Below, in pieces: positions 43,886 to 56,540 of a DNA stretch of 57,777 nt (position 1 is the first letter of the stretch; every line of letters begins with the position of its first letter). Location of the stretch: assembly GCF_016433145.1 (NCBI RefSeq), contig NC_058133.1, forward strand, positions 503,417,669 to 503,475,445, given 5' to 3'. The notes beneath the pieces are model-generated. The model was not told the origin of the DNA. It saw only the letters and a list, made by a program, of their open reading frames with translations, and made no database searches. The position numbers and the translations under genes are program-made. This DNA is from Gracilinanus agilis. Lineage: Eukaryota.

Positions 43886-46800
43886 TGATTAACATTTATA
43901 AAGCACTTTTACCTATTTATAAACCACTTTCATTAGTTCTTCTGCAAAACCCTCTAAGCCAGACGGGCCTCCTTGGCCTCTCTTCAATGAGGGAAACAGG
44001 CAGATGAGTAATCTGAGAATTAAACCATGGCTCCAAACTGCCCGTGTGGCCTTGGGCAAGTCACGCCAGCCTCCGTGGGCCCGGGAGAAGATCAGACGCT
44101 CGGGGAACAGGCCGCCTGCTTTTCTTTGCAGACATTCGCGATGGGGTACCTGGCCATGGTCTGTCTCTGCAGCCACCAGCGCCCCGAAGAGCTGCCCAGC
44201 TCTCCTCCCTGCTGAGGCTTCGGGCTCTGCCTTCATGCCCTCCAGGCCGCCTAATCCAGGGAGTGGGAAGAGGCAGGAATGGGGGGGGGGGGGGAGACCA
44301 GCTTCGCTTTGGATGAACGAATGAGCAAAACCTTCTCCACTCAGGGTTGCTCTGAATTTCCTGAGATGAGCCAAAAGTGTATCTCATGGAAAGAATTTTA
44401 AGTTAAATCGAGTTTGTAAATAAGAAGAAAAAGGCCTGATATGGTCTAGCATGTCTACAATTTGCATGTAAATGGCTGCTCTTTATAGACAAGCCATAAA
44501 GGTAAGAAAGCAGTATTTAAAATACGGAGGATGGAAAAAATGTTTAAATGCTGATTTCTGGAAGGGGAGAGGATGCGTTGGGGTGATATAAAAACACCAG
44601 GCTGGCGTGATTTTAAAAACGGAATAATCAGCGTTTGCCCCCCCCCCCCCCCCCGTCGGGCCGGTCGGTTCCCAAATCAAACCAGAAATAAGGAGCTGAC
44701 ACGGGCCCTCGTCATGGGCTTGTTGGCCCTCTGCCACACGGCAAACACGAAGGGGTGAGCGAAGCGGCGCTCTCTGCAATTGCTTCCAAAGCAGCATGAA
44801 TGCGGCTTCACCCGGATTTACCTCGGAGGTGACGCTACCTTATGATTGTGACAAAAGCCCTTTGATCCTCCTCGGTGGATAAAGGGGTCCGTAATCAATC
44901 GTCCTCCTAAGAGCCCGCAGACAAGCTCACCCCCCGCCCCCCGGCGATGGTTTCCCGAATCTGCCCCGAAGGTGGCCAGGGATGTCCCCGTGTCTGCTGG
45001 AGGAATCATTAGGAGAAGCTGCCGGCACTCGCGGCAGCACGACTGACACCAGGAACTCGGCTGTCACGTTCTATTTCAGAGCCGCCTCATCACGGAACAT
45101 GCTAAAAAGCTCCCTGGGCTGTTTTATGTATGTGATAAGGGCTGGTCCAAGGCCTGGCCCTAGAAACAGAGACGGGGCTGGCACCGTGATAAGGCTGGTG
45201 AGAATTAGAACCCCGGGGAAATACCTATGGAGAGGGAGGGGACGTACGGGGCACACTGAACTGGAACCAGCCACCATCCCCAGATGAGCCCATTTAACCC
45301 CTCGGCTTCCTCTTCTCATCTAGAGCTCCTCGAAGTGCGGCAGGCATGGAGGCATACATTGACTCAAAATGGCTTCAGTTAGAGGAGTGTCTTCATCTTG
45401 TTTGTATGCAGGGAAGGGCCCAAATAAAAACTGGTCTAAAAGAGTGATTCCCTTAAACTCACAGACATCAGATTTTACCTGGAAATTCTAAGTGGAGCTT
45501 ATCCAGCAGCTAGAAATGGAGGTGGAGGAATCGCCTTAGATTTCCCTCTGATCCAGTTTTGGCTTTTGTTTTCTTTTGATGACTCATCTTGAGCCTGAGC
45601 TCTAAAAAGGTGGATTTGGCCATAAGAGAAGAGATGGAGCGGGCAGATTAACCAGAGAGCCCTTTCCAGGCCTCATATCACAACCTAAGAATTATCCAAC
45701 TATGTTCTGGGCTCTAGGTTTGGCCAACATGTTAGGGGTAAAACCAATAAATGGGAAAAAGAAGAGCAGCCACCCCGACAGAAAATACAGAAGTTTTTGA
45801 GACTACGGCTGGCAAAGAGGGCAACCTGGGCTCCAGGATGTCTAGAGAAATAGGGGCTGCACATGACTTGTTTCTAGTGGCCTAATGCAGTCAGGCCACA
45901 GCATGTCTCCACTTTATTTTCCTATAAATGTGTTCTGTGACCAGCATGAGATCATCATGGGCCCGAGGATCATAGTTCTAGAGCTAGAAGGAACCTCGGA
46001 GGCTCAGAGGGCTTGTGACTTGGGCAGGGTCTTCTCTACTTCAAACCAGACACCCTCTACTATGCTTCACAGATGCCCCATAACCAGTAGAAGAAGAAAA
46101 ATATTTATTTGTTTCTCTATTACATGTGAACATACCAGGGAGAAGAGAACAATGTAGAACCCCCAGAAGGTTTGGGGATTATTTTTTAAAGGCTTGATTG
46201 TGTTTTACTGGAGACCCACCCCAGAGGCTGTGGCTGTAACTGGCTGGTAGAGGCTCACAAAGGCTGATTGTTAAACTTCCTGGTGAACGTTTACATGGAA
46301 AGTGATGGGGAAATGTTGATAGCACAGATTACCCTTAAAGGCCGTCATGGGCAATATCTTTTTTTAAAGAGTTAAAACTAGCTGAGCCTGGCTTACATAT
46401 TCTTCCCTTGCAATCTCTGGGCCTGGGCTAGCATGAGGGGGGTGACGGTGGGAGTGACAGCCCCCCAGGGCCTATTCCAGCTCAGCTACTGACCAGCTGG
46501 GCAGCCTGGGGCCGTCCCTTCAGTTCTCTAAGCCGTGGAAGGAGACCAAACTAAGGTCCACCCAGCGCAAGACCCTGATTCTAGGAGCTCGAAGGACAAA
46601 CAAAAGGCAAGCTGAAGCCTGTGAGCAGGGCATTCTGGCCTGAACTTAAAACGGGTTCAGGGGAAAGTAAGGTTTCTTGTGTGGGGCTTCCAAGGCCTTC
46701 CCACCATTATTAATCATGGGACAATAGAGCATTGCCATCAACTTGCTATTCCTCACTTTTATAGATGAATACGAGCTTGTTCTGTCCTTATCCAAGGAGG

Positions 46801-49800
46801 GGGTGGAACGAGTGCTGGAAATCACTATAAATGGCATTTATTGGTTCGAATGGCCAAAAGCCCCCTCCTTCCATGTAGCAGAAAAGGGAACGTCGTGGTG
46901 CTTTCTCGAAGATCGTGGCAAAATCCATTAGTTTTAATTATTTATCAGCAGTCAATTTAGATTACGGCTCATGACCTATTTTTTCCACATAGGAGCCACC
47001 AGCCAAAACAAGAAGAAGGAATGTTCTCTTTCTACAATGGCTGCTTTTTCTGAGATGTTGCCCATCAGGTCTACGGGACGAAGCGCCCCACCCATGGGCG
47101 AAGATTCCCAACGCCGATGGCGGCCTTCCTTCCCGCAGGGTGGCTCCGGGCTCTCGGGTCTCCCAGGGCGCCCCGGCCGCGCTCTTCCTCTGGGATGTCT
47201 CCGTTCTGACGGGCTGCGCCCGCTTGTGCCCGCCACATGGGCACCCCGAGGCCTTCGGAGTGATGCGGCCGCCACGCGGCCTGGTCTGGGGAAACGCACG
47301 TTGCGGGGTTTTGGAGTTCCCGGAGATTAGCTTGAGGAAGGGGGAACTCGTTCATGTCCCAATTTCTTCCTATCGAAACTTTAAAAAAAAACCTTTCAAG
47401 AAATATTCTGTGTCTCGGCAGAAATCCTCCAAGTGCGCTATTCGAAGTGGAGCCGGGCGGCGCGGCAGACGGGCAGAGGGACGCTGGGCAGCCTCGGCTT
47501 CCTCCTTCGGGAGACGTAAGAACGGAGGAGCGAAGAAAGCGCAACCTCTAAAGGGGACGTCCACAAGCTGCCAGCGAGGACTGCTGTGGCTGCCCAGGTC
47601 AGCTCTGGATAAACAGACTAAAGGGCAGCCTCACGGCTGTTCGGGCCGGGGAAGGGCCCGCCGGCCCCACGTGGCTGCAGGATGACCCTCTGTTCTCCTC
47701 GGTCCTCGCAGACCCACAAAGCACCTTCCCGACACGGCGGGTCAGGGACAGCCTAAAGCCCTACTGCCTGGCCACTGACCTCTGCAGGCGGGGCCACGAG
47801 ACCGTCTCCCAGACGGTCGCTCGATACGTGTTCTGGGCTTTGTCCCTGCATCGTCCGAGGGCCTCCAAGCCTTTCCGTCTGTCCCGAGGCCGGACTGTGC
47901 GTGTGCACCGCCTGGCCCGGCGCGAGCAGGAGCTCCGTAAGGGAAGGCCTCCCCTTCTCCGCTTGGAAGTCCCTCCGCAAACAGCTTTCCCTCCCTCCCT
48001 CCCTCCCGCACGGAGCGGGCACGGACACCGGCCTCGAGGCTCCCGGTTCTACCGGGCCGAAGGGAAGCTCGGCTCAAGCCCCACCCCCAGGACTGCCCAG
48101 GATTTCAGCCTCTCCACGTCCAGGCTCTGTCCTGATTTACAGCTGATAAAGCACTTTCCAAAGAGCTCTAAAAGCACATGATGTCAATGTGACGAGCCAT
48201 GTTTAACAGCTGGGGGAACGGAGGCTCAGAAACTGGGGGGCATCTCCTGGGTTACGGGCCCAGGGCATGGCGGGGCCTGGGGGCCTGCGGGAGCCAGCCC
48301 CCCCCCAGAGCCATCCCGGAGGCCAGGGGAGGGGTGGTGGGGAGCAGAGGAAGCTCAGCCTGGCAGGTTCGAGGCAGGATATCCTGGGTTTGAGGTGAGG
48401 CTGGCGGCTGAAAGCTTAGTTGGGAAGCTGCTTCGGTAATCCTGGCATGAAGGCGGCAGAAGCCCAGACTAGCACGGGGGCACCTGGAATGAGGAAGAGG
48501 CCCCGAGCTGGACAGGGGCTTCCGAGGCAGAACGGGCAGGCCCGGCGACAGTCTGGACAGAGGGGGGAGAAGGACTAGCCGGGAGACCTGGATCGGGGGA
48601 GGGGGGGGAGCTTGAGGCACCCTCGCCGCTTGCTCTCTGGACATGTGGGGGGCACCTGCACCAGGCTCTTGGCTTAGAGTCTCCCCCACCGACTTCTGCC
48701 AGGAGCTGAGCCCCAGGCGAGCCTCAGGAGAACAGGCCTCTCTCCGCACCAGCTAAGTAACCCACAGGAAGGGGCTCCTCTTGCCCTTGGAAAGGGTTCT
48801 AGGAAAATGCAGGAAATGAACCCAAAGGCCCCTGGGGGGAGGGCGCCTGAGCCCCAGCTCGGAGGGTCCCGCTTCGGCCTGCCACAAGTGCCAAGGCCCA
48901 GGGCAGGCAAGATGGTAGCACAGGAAGTATCAGCTCATGGAACTGCTGGGGGGACACGAGCAGCAGCTTAGCAGGAGCCAAGAAGGAGCCTTCGGGGACA
49001 GGGGAAGGCCCAGGCAGGCGGCCGGCCCCGGAGGCCAGCTCCTGCTGGATCCTCCCCGACCTCCAGGGCGGGTGGTCCATGGGAGGCCCCTCTCAGGAGA
49101 GGGTGCAGGGCTCCGGCTGCAGCTCTGCCCTACGTTGGGAGAAGACCCTTCTCTGGCACTGCCCGAGCTGACCTCTGAGCCCACCTTCCCGGGCAGGCAA
49201 GTGCCCCAGAGGCCAGCCGGCCTGGCCCCTCAGCACCTCTCCCCTGCAGACACCGTCGAGGTAGCCTACGTGCTCCCAGAAGGTTTCTAGGGGAAGTGGG
49301 GGAAGAGCTAGCGAGGCTGTAGTTAGAGATGCTGAAAAGGGAAAAAAATGAGACCAGCAATAACAGGATCACATGACAGAGGAGGGGGCAGGAGGGGGCT
49401 CAGTGGCCTGAGAGCTTCCTGGCTGGATGACCCTGGGCCAGTCACTGAACCCCGACCACCCACCTTCCGTCTTAGAGGGTTATGAAAGCAGAGAGTAAGA
49501 GTTTAAGAAAAGCCAAGCGTGGGACGGCTTGGGGAGTCCTGGCGGAACCCCAGCAGGAGGGCTCTGATTCCGGGGCCATAACGTTCATCTCCCACAGCTG
49601 TCTTGAGACATGACTGTAAAGGTAAGACCGGCGCACATACCAGAGGCTCCTGGGGAGCTCATTCGCACGCACAGAGCCCAGAGAGAGGGCCCTGACGGGG
49701 CACAGCGGCTCTGCTTAAGTGGTTTCGACAGGCTGCACCCAGGCTGGCACCGCCCTGCCCTGCCCTCCTCACCCGGCCCCCGAGGTTCTGCTACTTCCAG

Positions 49801-50459
49801 TGCGGGCGGCCCATCCCCTGATAACCTGGGCTTGACCGGGCATCTGCTCTCGGCTTCCCAAGAATTTCAGGGCCTCGAGGCCTTCCGCTGCGTGGTCCGA
49901 GACCCAGCCCTGACCGAGCTCGCCCCGCCTAGACAGGTCAGAGGTCCTCCGTCCCCGCGCACCTCCGCCTGTGGCCAGACGGATGTTAAATGCATCCTAA
50001 GGATGGAAACCAAAGCCAAGGGCCAAACTGGGACAATCCACTCACTCTTTGGACAAGTTAAAGGGAATCTGGGGTATTGCCATGAATTGTTTCAGGAGAT
50101 GGTGATGATTAGGATGATGGAAACTCACAGGCACGTAGCACTCTAAGTGCAGAAATCCTGCAAGGCAGTTAATCCCATTTTATAGATTGGAAAACTGATA
50201 GTTCCCCAAGCTGCCTTAAACAGGCCGAGTGGAACCAATTTTCCCATGGACGACAAACGGTTGAAATATTTTCAGAGCTGTCACAACCTTCAGTAACACT
50301 GAAGGCAGCGGGGGTTACAAGGTGGCTAGGAACAGCGATTCGATTTAACTCAGCTACAAAGAAAATCTATTTGAAGGAAAAACATCTTTGTGTTAATTCT
50401 GGTGAAGAATGTTGAGAAAGGTCTATGTTAAAAGGACCATAAGGTGAGAGACAGCAAGT

Positions 50460-51130
50460 TGGGAGGGGAGGGGGGTGGAAGGAAAGAAAAAGGAAAGGAG
50501 ATGGGGAATGGGAGGAGGAGGAAGGAAGGAATGAGGGGACAGAGAGAAGGGATGGAAGAGAAGGGAAGAGGAAAAGAAAGAGGACAGAGGAAGGAAAGGA
50601 GGAAGAGGGAGAAAATGAAAGAAGGGAAGGAGATAGGAATAAGGAGGAAAAAGAGGGAGGAAGACAGGAAGAGAAAGACGGGAGGGAGGGAAAGGGGAGG
50701 GAGAAAGGAAGAGAGAGGAGGAGAGAGAGAAGGAGAAAGGGAAAGAGGAAAAGAGAGAGAGAGAGAGAAAGCAGTAGAAGAGAAAGGGAGGATAACTGGG
50801 AGGGAAGAAGGAAAGGAGGGAGAAAGGGAAGGAAGGAAGAAGGGAAGGAGGAAAGGAGAGAGAGGGGAGGGATGGGGAGAAAGAGAGAAAAAGGAGGGAA
50901 GAAAAAGGGAGGATAACTGGGAGGGAAGAAGGAAAGGAGGGAGAAAGGGAAGGAAGGAAGAAGGGAAGGAGGAAAGGAGAGAGAGGGGAGGGATGGGGAG
51001 AAAGAGAGANGTAGAAGAGAAAGGGAGGATAACTGGGAGGGAAGAAGGAAAGGAGGGAGAAAGGGAAGGAAGGAAGAAGAGAGGGAAGAATGAAAGAAGG
51101 CAGAGGAAAATAGTTGGGGGGGGGGAGGGG
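50460..51130. repeat. Long GA-rich repeat containing three copies of a roughly 120-bp unit; single N at 51010
   Basis: gggaggataactgggagggaagaaggaaaggagggagaaaggg.. recurs near 50787, 50907 and 51023. Confidence 0.92.
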
Positions 51131-53415
51131 AGAAAGGACCAGAAAGCTTCAGAGGGGGCAGGATATCCATGAAGCCGATACAATCGGCTTAACTAATCTA
51201 AAGATCCTTTTAACTCATTGAAATTAAATGTGTCCCAAAAGGGCTTTTGATTCTATTTCCCAAGTCATACACCTAAGGAGGAACTTGGTTCAGAAACTGG
51301 CTACAGGCACGAGGTTTGCTGATACAAAAGTAAGAATAATGAGGGGAAATCAAAGCGCCGCCCCCCCATCCCAAGCAGTTGGGTGTATTGTCTTCCTTTC
51401 ACCGCTGGGCTTTCTGGATTCCATGAAGGCGGCTTCTAAAAGCACTTCCAACAGCAGCCTGCTGCCAGCACTGTGATAGACGGTCTCTTCTGGGGCAAAT
51501 TCCCAAATTCATAAGAGTGAACTGAGAGCAGGTGGAAGGTATGGCGTGAGCCGGGACCCCACCAGGGACGAACGACTAGCCTGAAAGGTGAGGACGGGAA
51601 CGCCGTGTCCGCCCACTGCCGAGCCCGGCGGGAACACAGAGCCACAAACGACACCCAACAGGAGCCTAAAAGCAAACGCTTCCATCGGGGAGAATGGGCC
51701 GCCCCAGCCGGACCCCCAGTCCCGAGCGGAGGAAGCAGTGACCGACGCCTCGGAACACGGCCTCGCCTCTGGCTCCTCCGTGGGGTCCATCCTGCTCCCT
51801 CTGCACCGGAGGCCTGGCCCGAGGCTCGGCGCCGCCCCAGAGCGACAGAACCGATCCGCGTCCTGGCATCCGCCAGCATAAACAGAGGGCTTTGCCTCGG
51901 TGCGCTCAGCGCTTCTGGAATTCGGCTCGCAACCTTGATGGAGACGTTTGCCAGCCGAGCTCCGTCTCGCTCTGGGCTAGATTGGTCTCCTGTGAACGCA
52001 CCAAATTCCTCCTTTCGTGGCAGCAATTTAGGAACGAGATAGTTTAACAAGTTCTCTATCTCTTGGCTGGGGCTGCTGGCTCTGACAGATGAATCAGAGA
52101 AGTCCATAAATGTCGAGAGGATCGGTGCAGACTTTTCGTTTATGACCATATATGGCAACCAGAGATGCACTTATCTCTAATCACCGGCACTGAAGCCTCG
52201 GAATTTCTTACCTTCTTCCCTGTCTCGGTGACGGGCCGCTCCTCCTCTGCGGCGGCCCTCCGCAGCCCGGGAACCAGAGGCACCGGGCACGAGGAGCATT
52301 TCCGGGGGAGGGGGGGACCGGACGCCGCGGAGGGGCCGCGCTCCAAGGGGCCTCCAAAGAAGGCAGGGCGGCCGGGTAGAGGGGGCCAGCCGGCGCGAGG
52401 ACCCCCGCCAGGCACTCGACCCGCACGTGCCCCCCGGCCACTCCCCAAGGCGAGACGGTGCCCAGAAAGGCCGCCTGGCGGCGTGGAGGGTTTTCACCAG
52501 GAGCTCCTCATTCCAAAGAAACAGGCTCGAGGCAACCCACATAGACACAGACATAAAGGCATCCACAACATTATATACATACATGTGTCATGGTAAGGCA
52601 TATATGTGTGTGTGTCGAGTATTGCTGTCTCTTCCGTCGATCAAAAGAGCCCCCCGACGTCACGCTGGAAAGGCCGGGCCCCGGCAGGAGGACACGCTGT
52701 GGCTGGGAGGACCCGGGCAAGCCCCAGGACCCCGAGCGGTGTTGGCGAGCCTGGGAGCGGGCGTTTCCTCTCTGGGCACGGCGGAGACCAATGAAGGAAG
52801 AGGCCGGGTCTCCCTCCAAAGGGCCACAACCTGCTGCTCGTCTCTGAAGGCCTGGCCCGAACGGGGGCTGCCCGGACCGTTTCCTCTCGGCATGTGCCTG
52901 GCGAGGTAAGTATTAAAAGCATCCCTCGAGCCTTCCAAAAGGCCATAATTGGCAAAGCCAAGGCCGGGCTCCTCGGGGAGGCCCGGCCCGAGTCCCCCCT
53001 CGGAGGACGGTCCCTCCAGAGGGGCCCAGGCTGGCCCGTCCAGGGGCCACTGAGGCCTGGCTGCAGCCCTTTGCATGGAGCCCGGCACCCAGGAAGTGAT
53101 TAATACATGTTTGCTGGCGGACGATCAAGACGAGCCAAACATAAAACCTGCAGCTGGGCTTTTTCCACTGGGCTGAGAGTCCGGGACAAAGAGAGGAGGG
53201 CTGGGAAGGAGGGCTGCGCTCCAGGCCTCCAATGTGAGTCATCAGGGATTCCGTTCTGGGCAGAATAAACATGTGCCCAATGGACCCACACAGAATCCGG
53301 CCACTTCTGGACACCTCAGACACCAGCTGGCGAGCGTGGCCTGGAAGGACACTGAGGTTCTGTCCGAGATAAGGAGTTCGGGAGAATCATCCCTCGAAAT
53401 CTATCCGCGTGGAAT

Positions 53416-53614
53416 GGGGGTGCAGCGAGGTGGCTCAGATGATACAGAGCCAGGCCTAGAGACGGGAGGCCCTGAGTTCAAATGTGACTTCAGACACGTC
53501 CTGGCTGTGTGACCCTGGGCCAGTCACTTAACCTTCACTGCCTACCCTTCCCCCTCTTCTACCTTGGAGCCAATACACAGTACCGAATCTAAGAGGGAAG
53601 GGGAGGTTTAAAAA
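53416..53614 (+). mobile_element. SINE1_Mdo-type SINE (older copy)
   Basis: ggtggctcag..agccaggcctagagacgggagg..gtgaccctgggccagtcactt..ttggagccaatacacagtac..ggtttaaaaa. Confidence 0.88.
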
Positions 53615-53904
53615 TCTACGGGGGTGGGGAAGTCTTTGGGGTGGCCCTGGGCCTCCGGGCGAGGAAACGCCGTCTACCAGAGCAGTTGAGCACCTCCTCG
53701 GCCACTTCAGGAGCCTTCGGTGTGTGCCAACAGCCGGGCGGCGTGCCAGAGAGAAGACTTGAACCTGGGTCTTCCTGCCTCCGAGGCTCTCTGCCAAGCG
53801 GCCTCTCGAAGTCCACGCACGAAATTATTTCAGAAGCAGTGACTGATGGCTGAGGTTCCACCGAGCCGCCGTCCACAGAAACTCCTCCGTCAGGAGGGAT
53901 TTGA

Positions 53905-54070
53905 GCGAACCGCCCCGACTCTACCTTGTGACTCGGTTCTGGAGCGAGCTCCGTTCTCTTTCTAGTCGATGATGGGCCTCGTCCAATGTCTGTCTTGGAA
54001 GAAAACTTTATTCAATTGTGGGAATTGTGAGAGGACTGTGTTGCATGGTTTGAACCTCGCCCAGCGTGGC
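53905..54070. repeat. Unclassified dispersed repeat, copy 2
   Basis: About 84% identical to 25088-25174 over 87 nt, same orientation. Confidence 0.8.
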
Positions 54071-55206
54071 TAAGAAACGGGGCCACCCGGGCCTGCTGCC
54101 GAGAGACCCTGCCCCGAGGTCCGAGGCTCTGCTGGCCAGAATGCCGGGCAGATCCCAAGATGGACGCGAGGACTTCTCTCACACTTGTACATCTCAGGCA
54201 GCTCCTGTGTCTTACGTGAGAAGTGGCCCCGTGCCGATCCATCACTCCTTGTTCCATGCTCCTTGGATTGCCTACAGGAACTTGGGGGGAGCGGCGCCCT
54301 CACCTTCTGAATTCATCCACGCACCCCGACTTGGAGAGCCCCTCATCTTTCCTCCAATGAGAAACTGGATTGTCTAATTTTGTATTCTGGTTAATTATTT
54401 TCTTTTAATTAATTGGACTTTCTTGACTAATTGTTTTTAATGTATTAAAATCCGTCTTCCCAGTATTTGGGTCCAATGCCAAGGCTGAGGGTGTCTGGAA
54501 CCGATTTCTTGGGCAATTGGCACGCATTGCTTAATAAATCAATCTGCACAGAAGCTCGAGCCTTTGTTTCCTCAGTCATCTCATCTTTCGCTCGTCGTTG
54601 TTTGTGTTTGTTTAGAATGAAAACTCTAACTTGGGGCCCGGGACCCCAAGCAAGGCACTTTAGCTAGGAATCGGCTGACCCGCCATGCCAAAGGGGAATT
54701 CTGTCTCCTCCAGAACTTCCCCGTAACAGAACGCTGGATTTATTCTGGAATCGTTCTCAGGCCTGGCAGAGGAATCATTTCACAGCAGCATTTGCAGAGA
54801 GCGATCCATAGGAAAAGGCGCTCCCTCGCTGCTCTGCTCGTGCTCTGCGGCTTGAGATGAAGTCTTTCCGCTCTTCCCCTCTTTACAAAATGTGGCGAAT
54901 ACCTGGCCCTGCTTCCCCTGCAAGACTGTAATGAGAAGAGAAGCATAACCGGGCCTCGTAATGAAGTGCTTTTACCTGTTGGATTGCGATTCGACAGATG
55001 ACTTCGGGCCTCCGGCTCGTCTTTTAGAGCAGGGCTCTCTCTACGAAGGAAGTCATCTGCGCTCATAGACAGTTAAGACCAAGTAGGGAAAGTTATTCTA
55101 GTCACATCTACTCCATTCTTCTTGCCTCAATAAAAGGGGGTACTCGGAAGCCTTCTTGCCATCTTCTTAAAACGCAAATAAAGATTTGTTAAGAGTCTAC
55201 TATGTG

Positions 55207-55395
55207 GGGCAGCTGGGTAGCTCAGTGGATTGAGAGCCAGGCCTAGAGACGGGAGGTCCTGGGTTCAAACCCGGCCTCAGACACTTCCCAGCTGTGTGAC
55301 CCTGGGCAAGTCACTTGACCCCCATTGCCCACCCTTACCAATCATCCACCTATGAGACAATACACCGAAGTACAAGGGTTTAAAAAAAAAAAAAA
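55207..55395 (+). mobile_element. Young SINE1_Mdo-type SINE with perfect 16-bp TSD and poly(A) tail
   Basis: TSD aagagtctactatgtg at 55191-55206 and 55396-55411; TT|AAGA L1-endonuclease-type site. Confidence 0.97.
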
Positions 55396-55439
55396 AAGAG
55401 TCTACTATGTGCAAGGTCTTGCGATAGCACGCTGAGTGT

Positions 55440-55760
55440 CGATCCTCCATTAACAGCGGCCTACCAGACGTCTCCACTTGGATGTCATTATGCTCCCCAA
55501 AGGCCACCCCTCTTTCTATCTAGGCCACCACCACTGGGTCAAGTCACTCAGGGAAGCTACCTTGGGTCATTCTCAACTTCATGTCCTCCTGGGATTCCTC
55601 CCTCCCTAGACAAGGTCCACATCTACCAGATCTGTCAATTGTCCTCCGTGCATTTTCTTGCCTCTCTCTCTTGTCCACTCGCAGAGCTGCCCCTCTCCCT
55701 GGTTCAGGGTCTTCTCACGCCCCGCCTGGACTATGGCTCCAGCCTCCATTCTCTCCCCTC
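55440..55760 (+). mobile_element. L2 body fragment
   Basis: gcctaccagacgtctccacttggatgtc; ccttgggtcattctcaac; ccctggttcagggtcttctc..cgcctggactatg..agcctcc. Confidence 0.7.
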
Positions 55761-56540
55761 CCCCATCTCTGTGCCACATTGATAACCAAAGTATATGAGC
55801 CATGTTGGGCCCAAAGTATCCAGATTCTGACCTATGTAATGCGAATGACCAAGAAGAGACAGGAAGGTGCACCTCCCCCCTTTACAGAGGATGCCACACT
55901 GCATTGAACAGGGTCACACGTGGCCGATAGGGTGGTTTGGTTTTTGCTCAGTTGTCCTTCCCCTCTCTTTCTTTTTAAATTCTGTTTTCCAACAAATGGC
56001 TCTTTGGGTGGGAGCTGGGTGGGGGGAGCTGCCTGCTGGGAAATGAGGATGATGATTTTAAAATATCAAAAAAATATAATCCCCCCATCTAAGGTTTTAT
56101 GGCCCCATACTATGGCCTCTGTGTCACCCCCCCCCCCATCCCCTAGGGGCAGGTCCAGTCCAGAGAGCTCAATGTTAAATACTTAGACCATTTCTTTTAT
56201 CACAGCCCTTCCCCCCCACACCCCCCCCGGGCTAAATATGCGGGCCACTGGCCTTGGGACCGCAGAGCCACAGACAGGGATGCCACCTGAACAACACTCA
56301 GGATTACAAGGCCACAGACTCAGAGCTCCAAAGAAGGGCAGCCAGCAAGGCCAGGCACAGTGCCAGGAACAGACCCAGGCCTCACCTGGCTCCTTCCTCA
56401 AGCATTTGCTCAGCAACTTGCAGACCTAAGATGGCCAGTTTGGCTCCGGTGTTCCCTCTGCCTCTTTCCCTTCCCATCCCCCGTGCTCCCCCAAAGGGAG
56501 CAGAGGAAAGAAACAAGAGCTCTTCCAGCTCTTCCTCTGT

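Noticed and set aside
46757-46814. 58-nt sense exon candidate
   Set aside because: Weak AAA|gtgagg donor, poor pyrimidine tract, frameshifting with an internal stop.
47300-47360. SH3-like snippet EISLRKGELVHV on +
   Set aside because: Lacks the ALYDY and WW motifs and splice sites, and is antisense to the host gene.
50367-51183. 240-270 aa ORFs on both strands
   Set aside because: GA simple-repeat translations.
51436-52170. 244-aa sense ORF with a protein-like start (EIENLLNYLVPKLLPRKEEF)
   Set aside because: No recognisable family, weak start context, and a low-complexity GC-driven second half. It overlaps a motif cluster better explained as regulatory. BLASTp/PhyloCSF would settle it.
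53616-53876. ORF with SEIISCVDFE, reminiscent of PP2A B55
   Set aside because: Similarity stops after a few residues and the segment overlaps a MIR-like head on the minus strand.
55207-55290. tRNA-like A/B boxes
   Set aside because: These are the tRNA-derived heads of SINEs; no tRNA gene is supported anywhere in the window.
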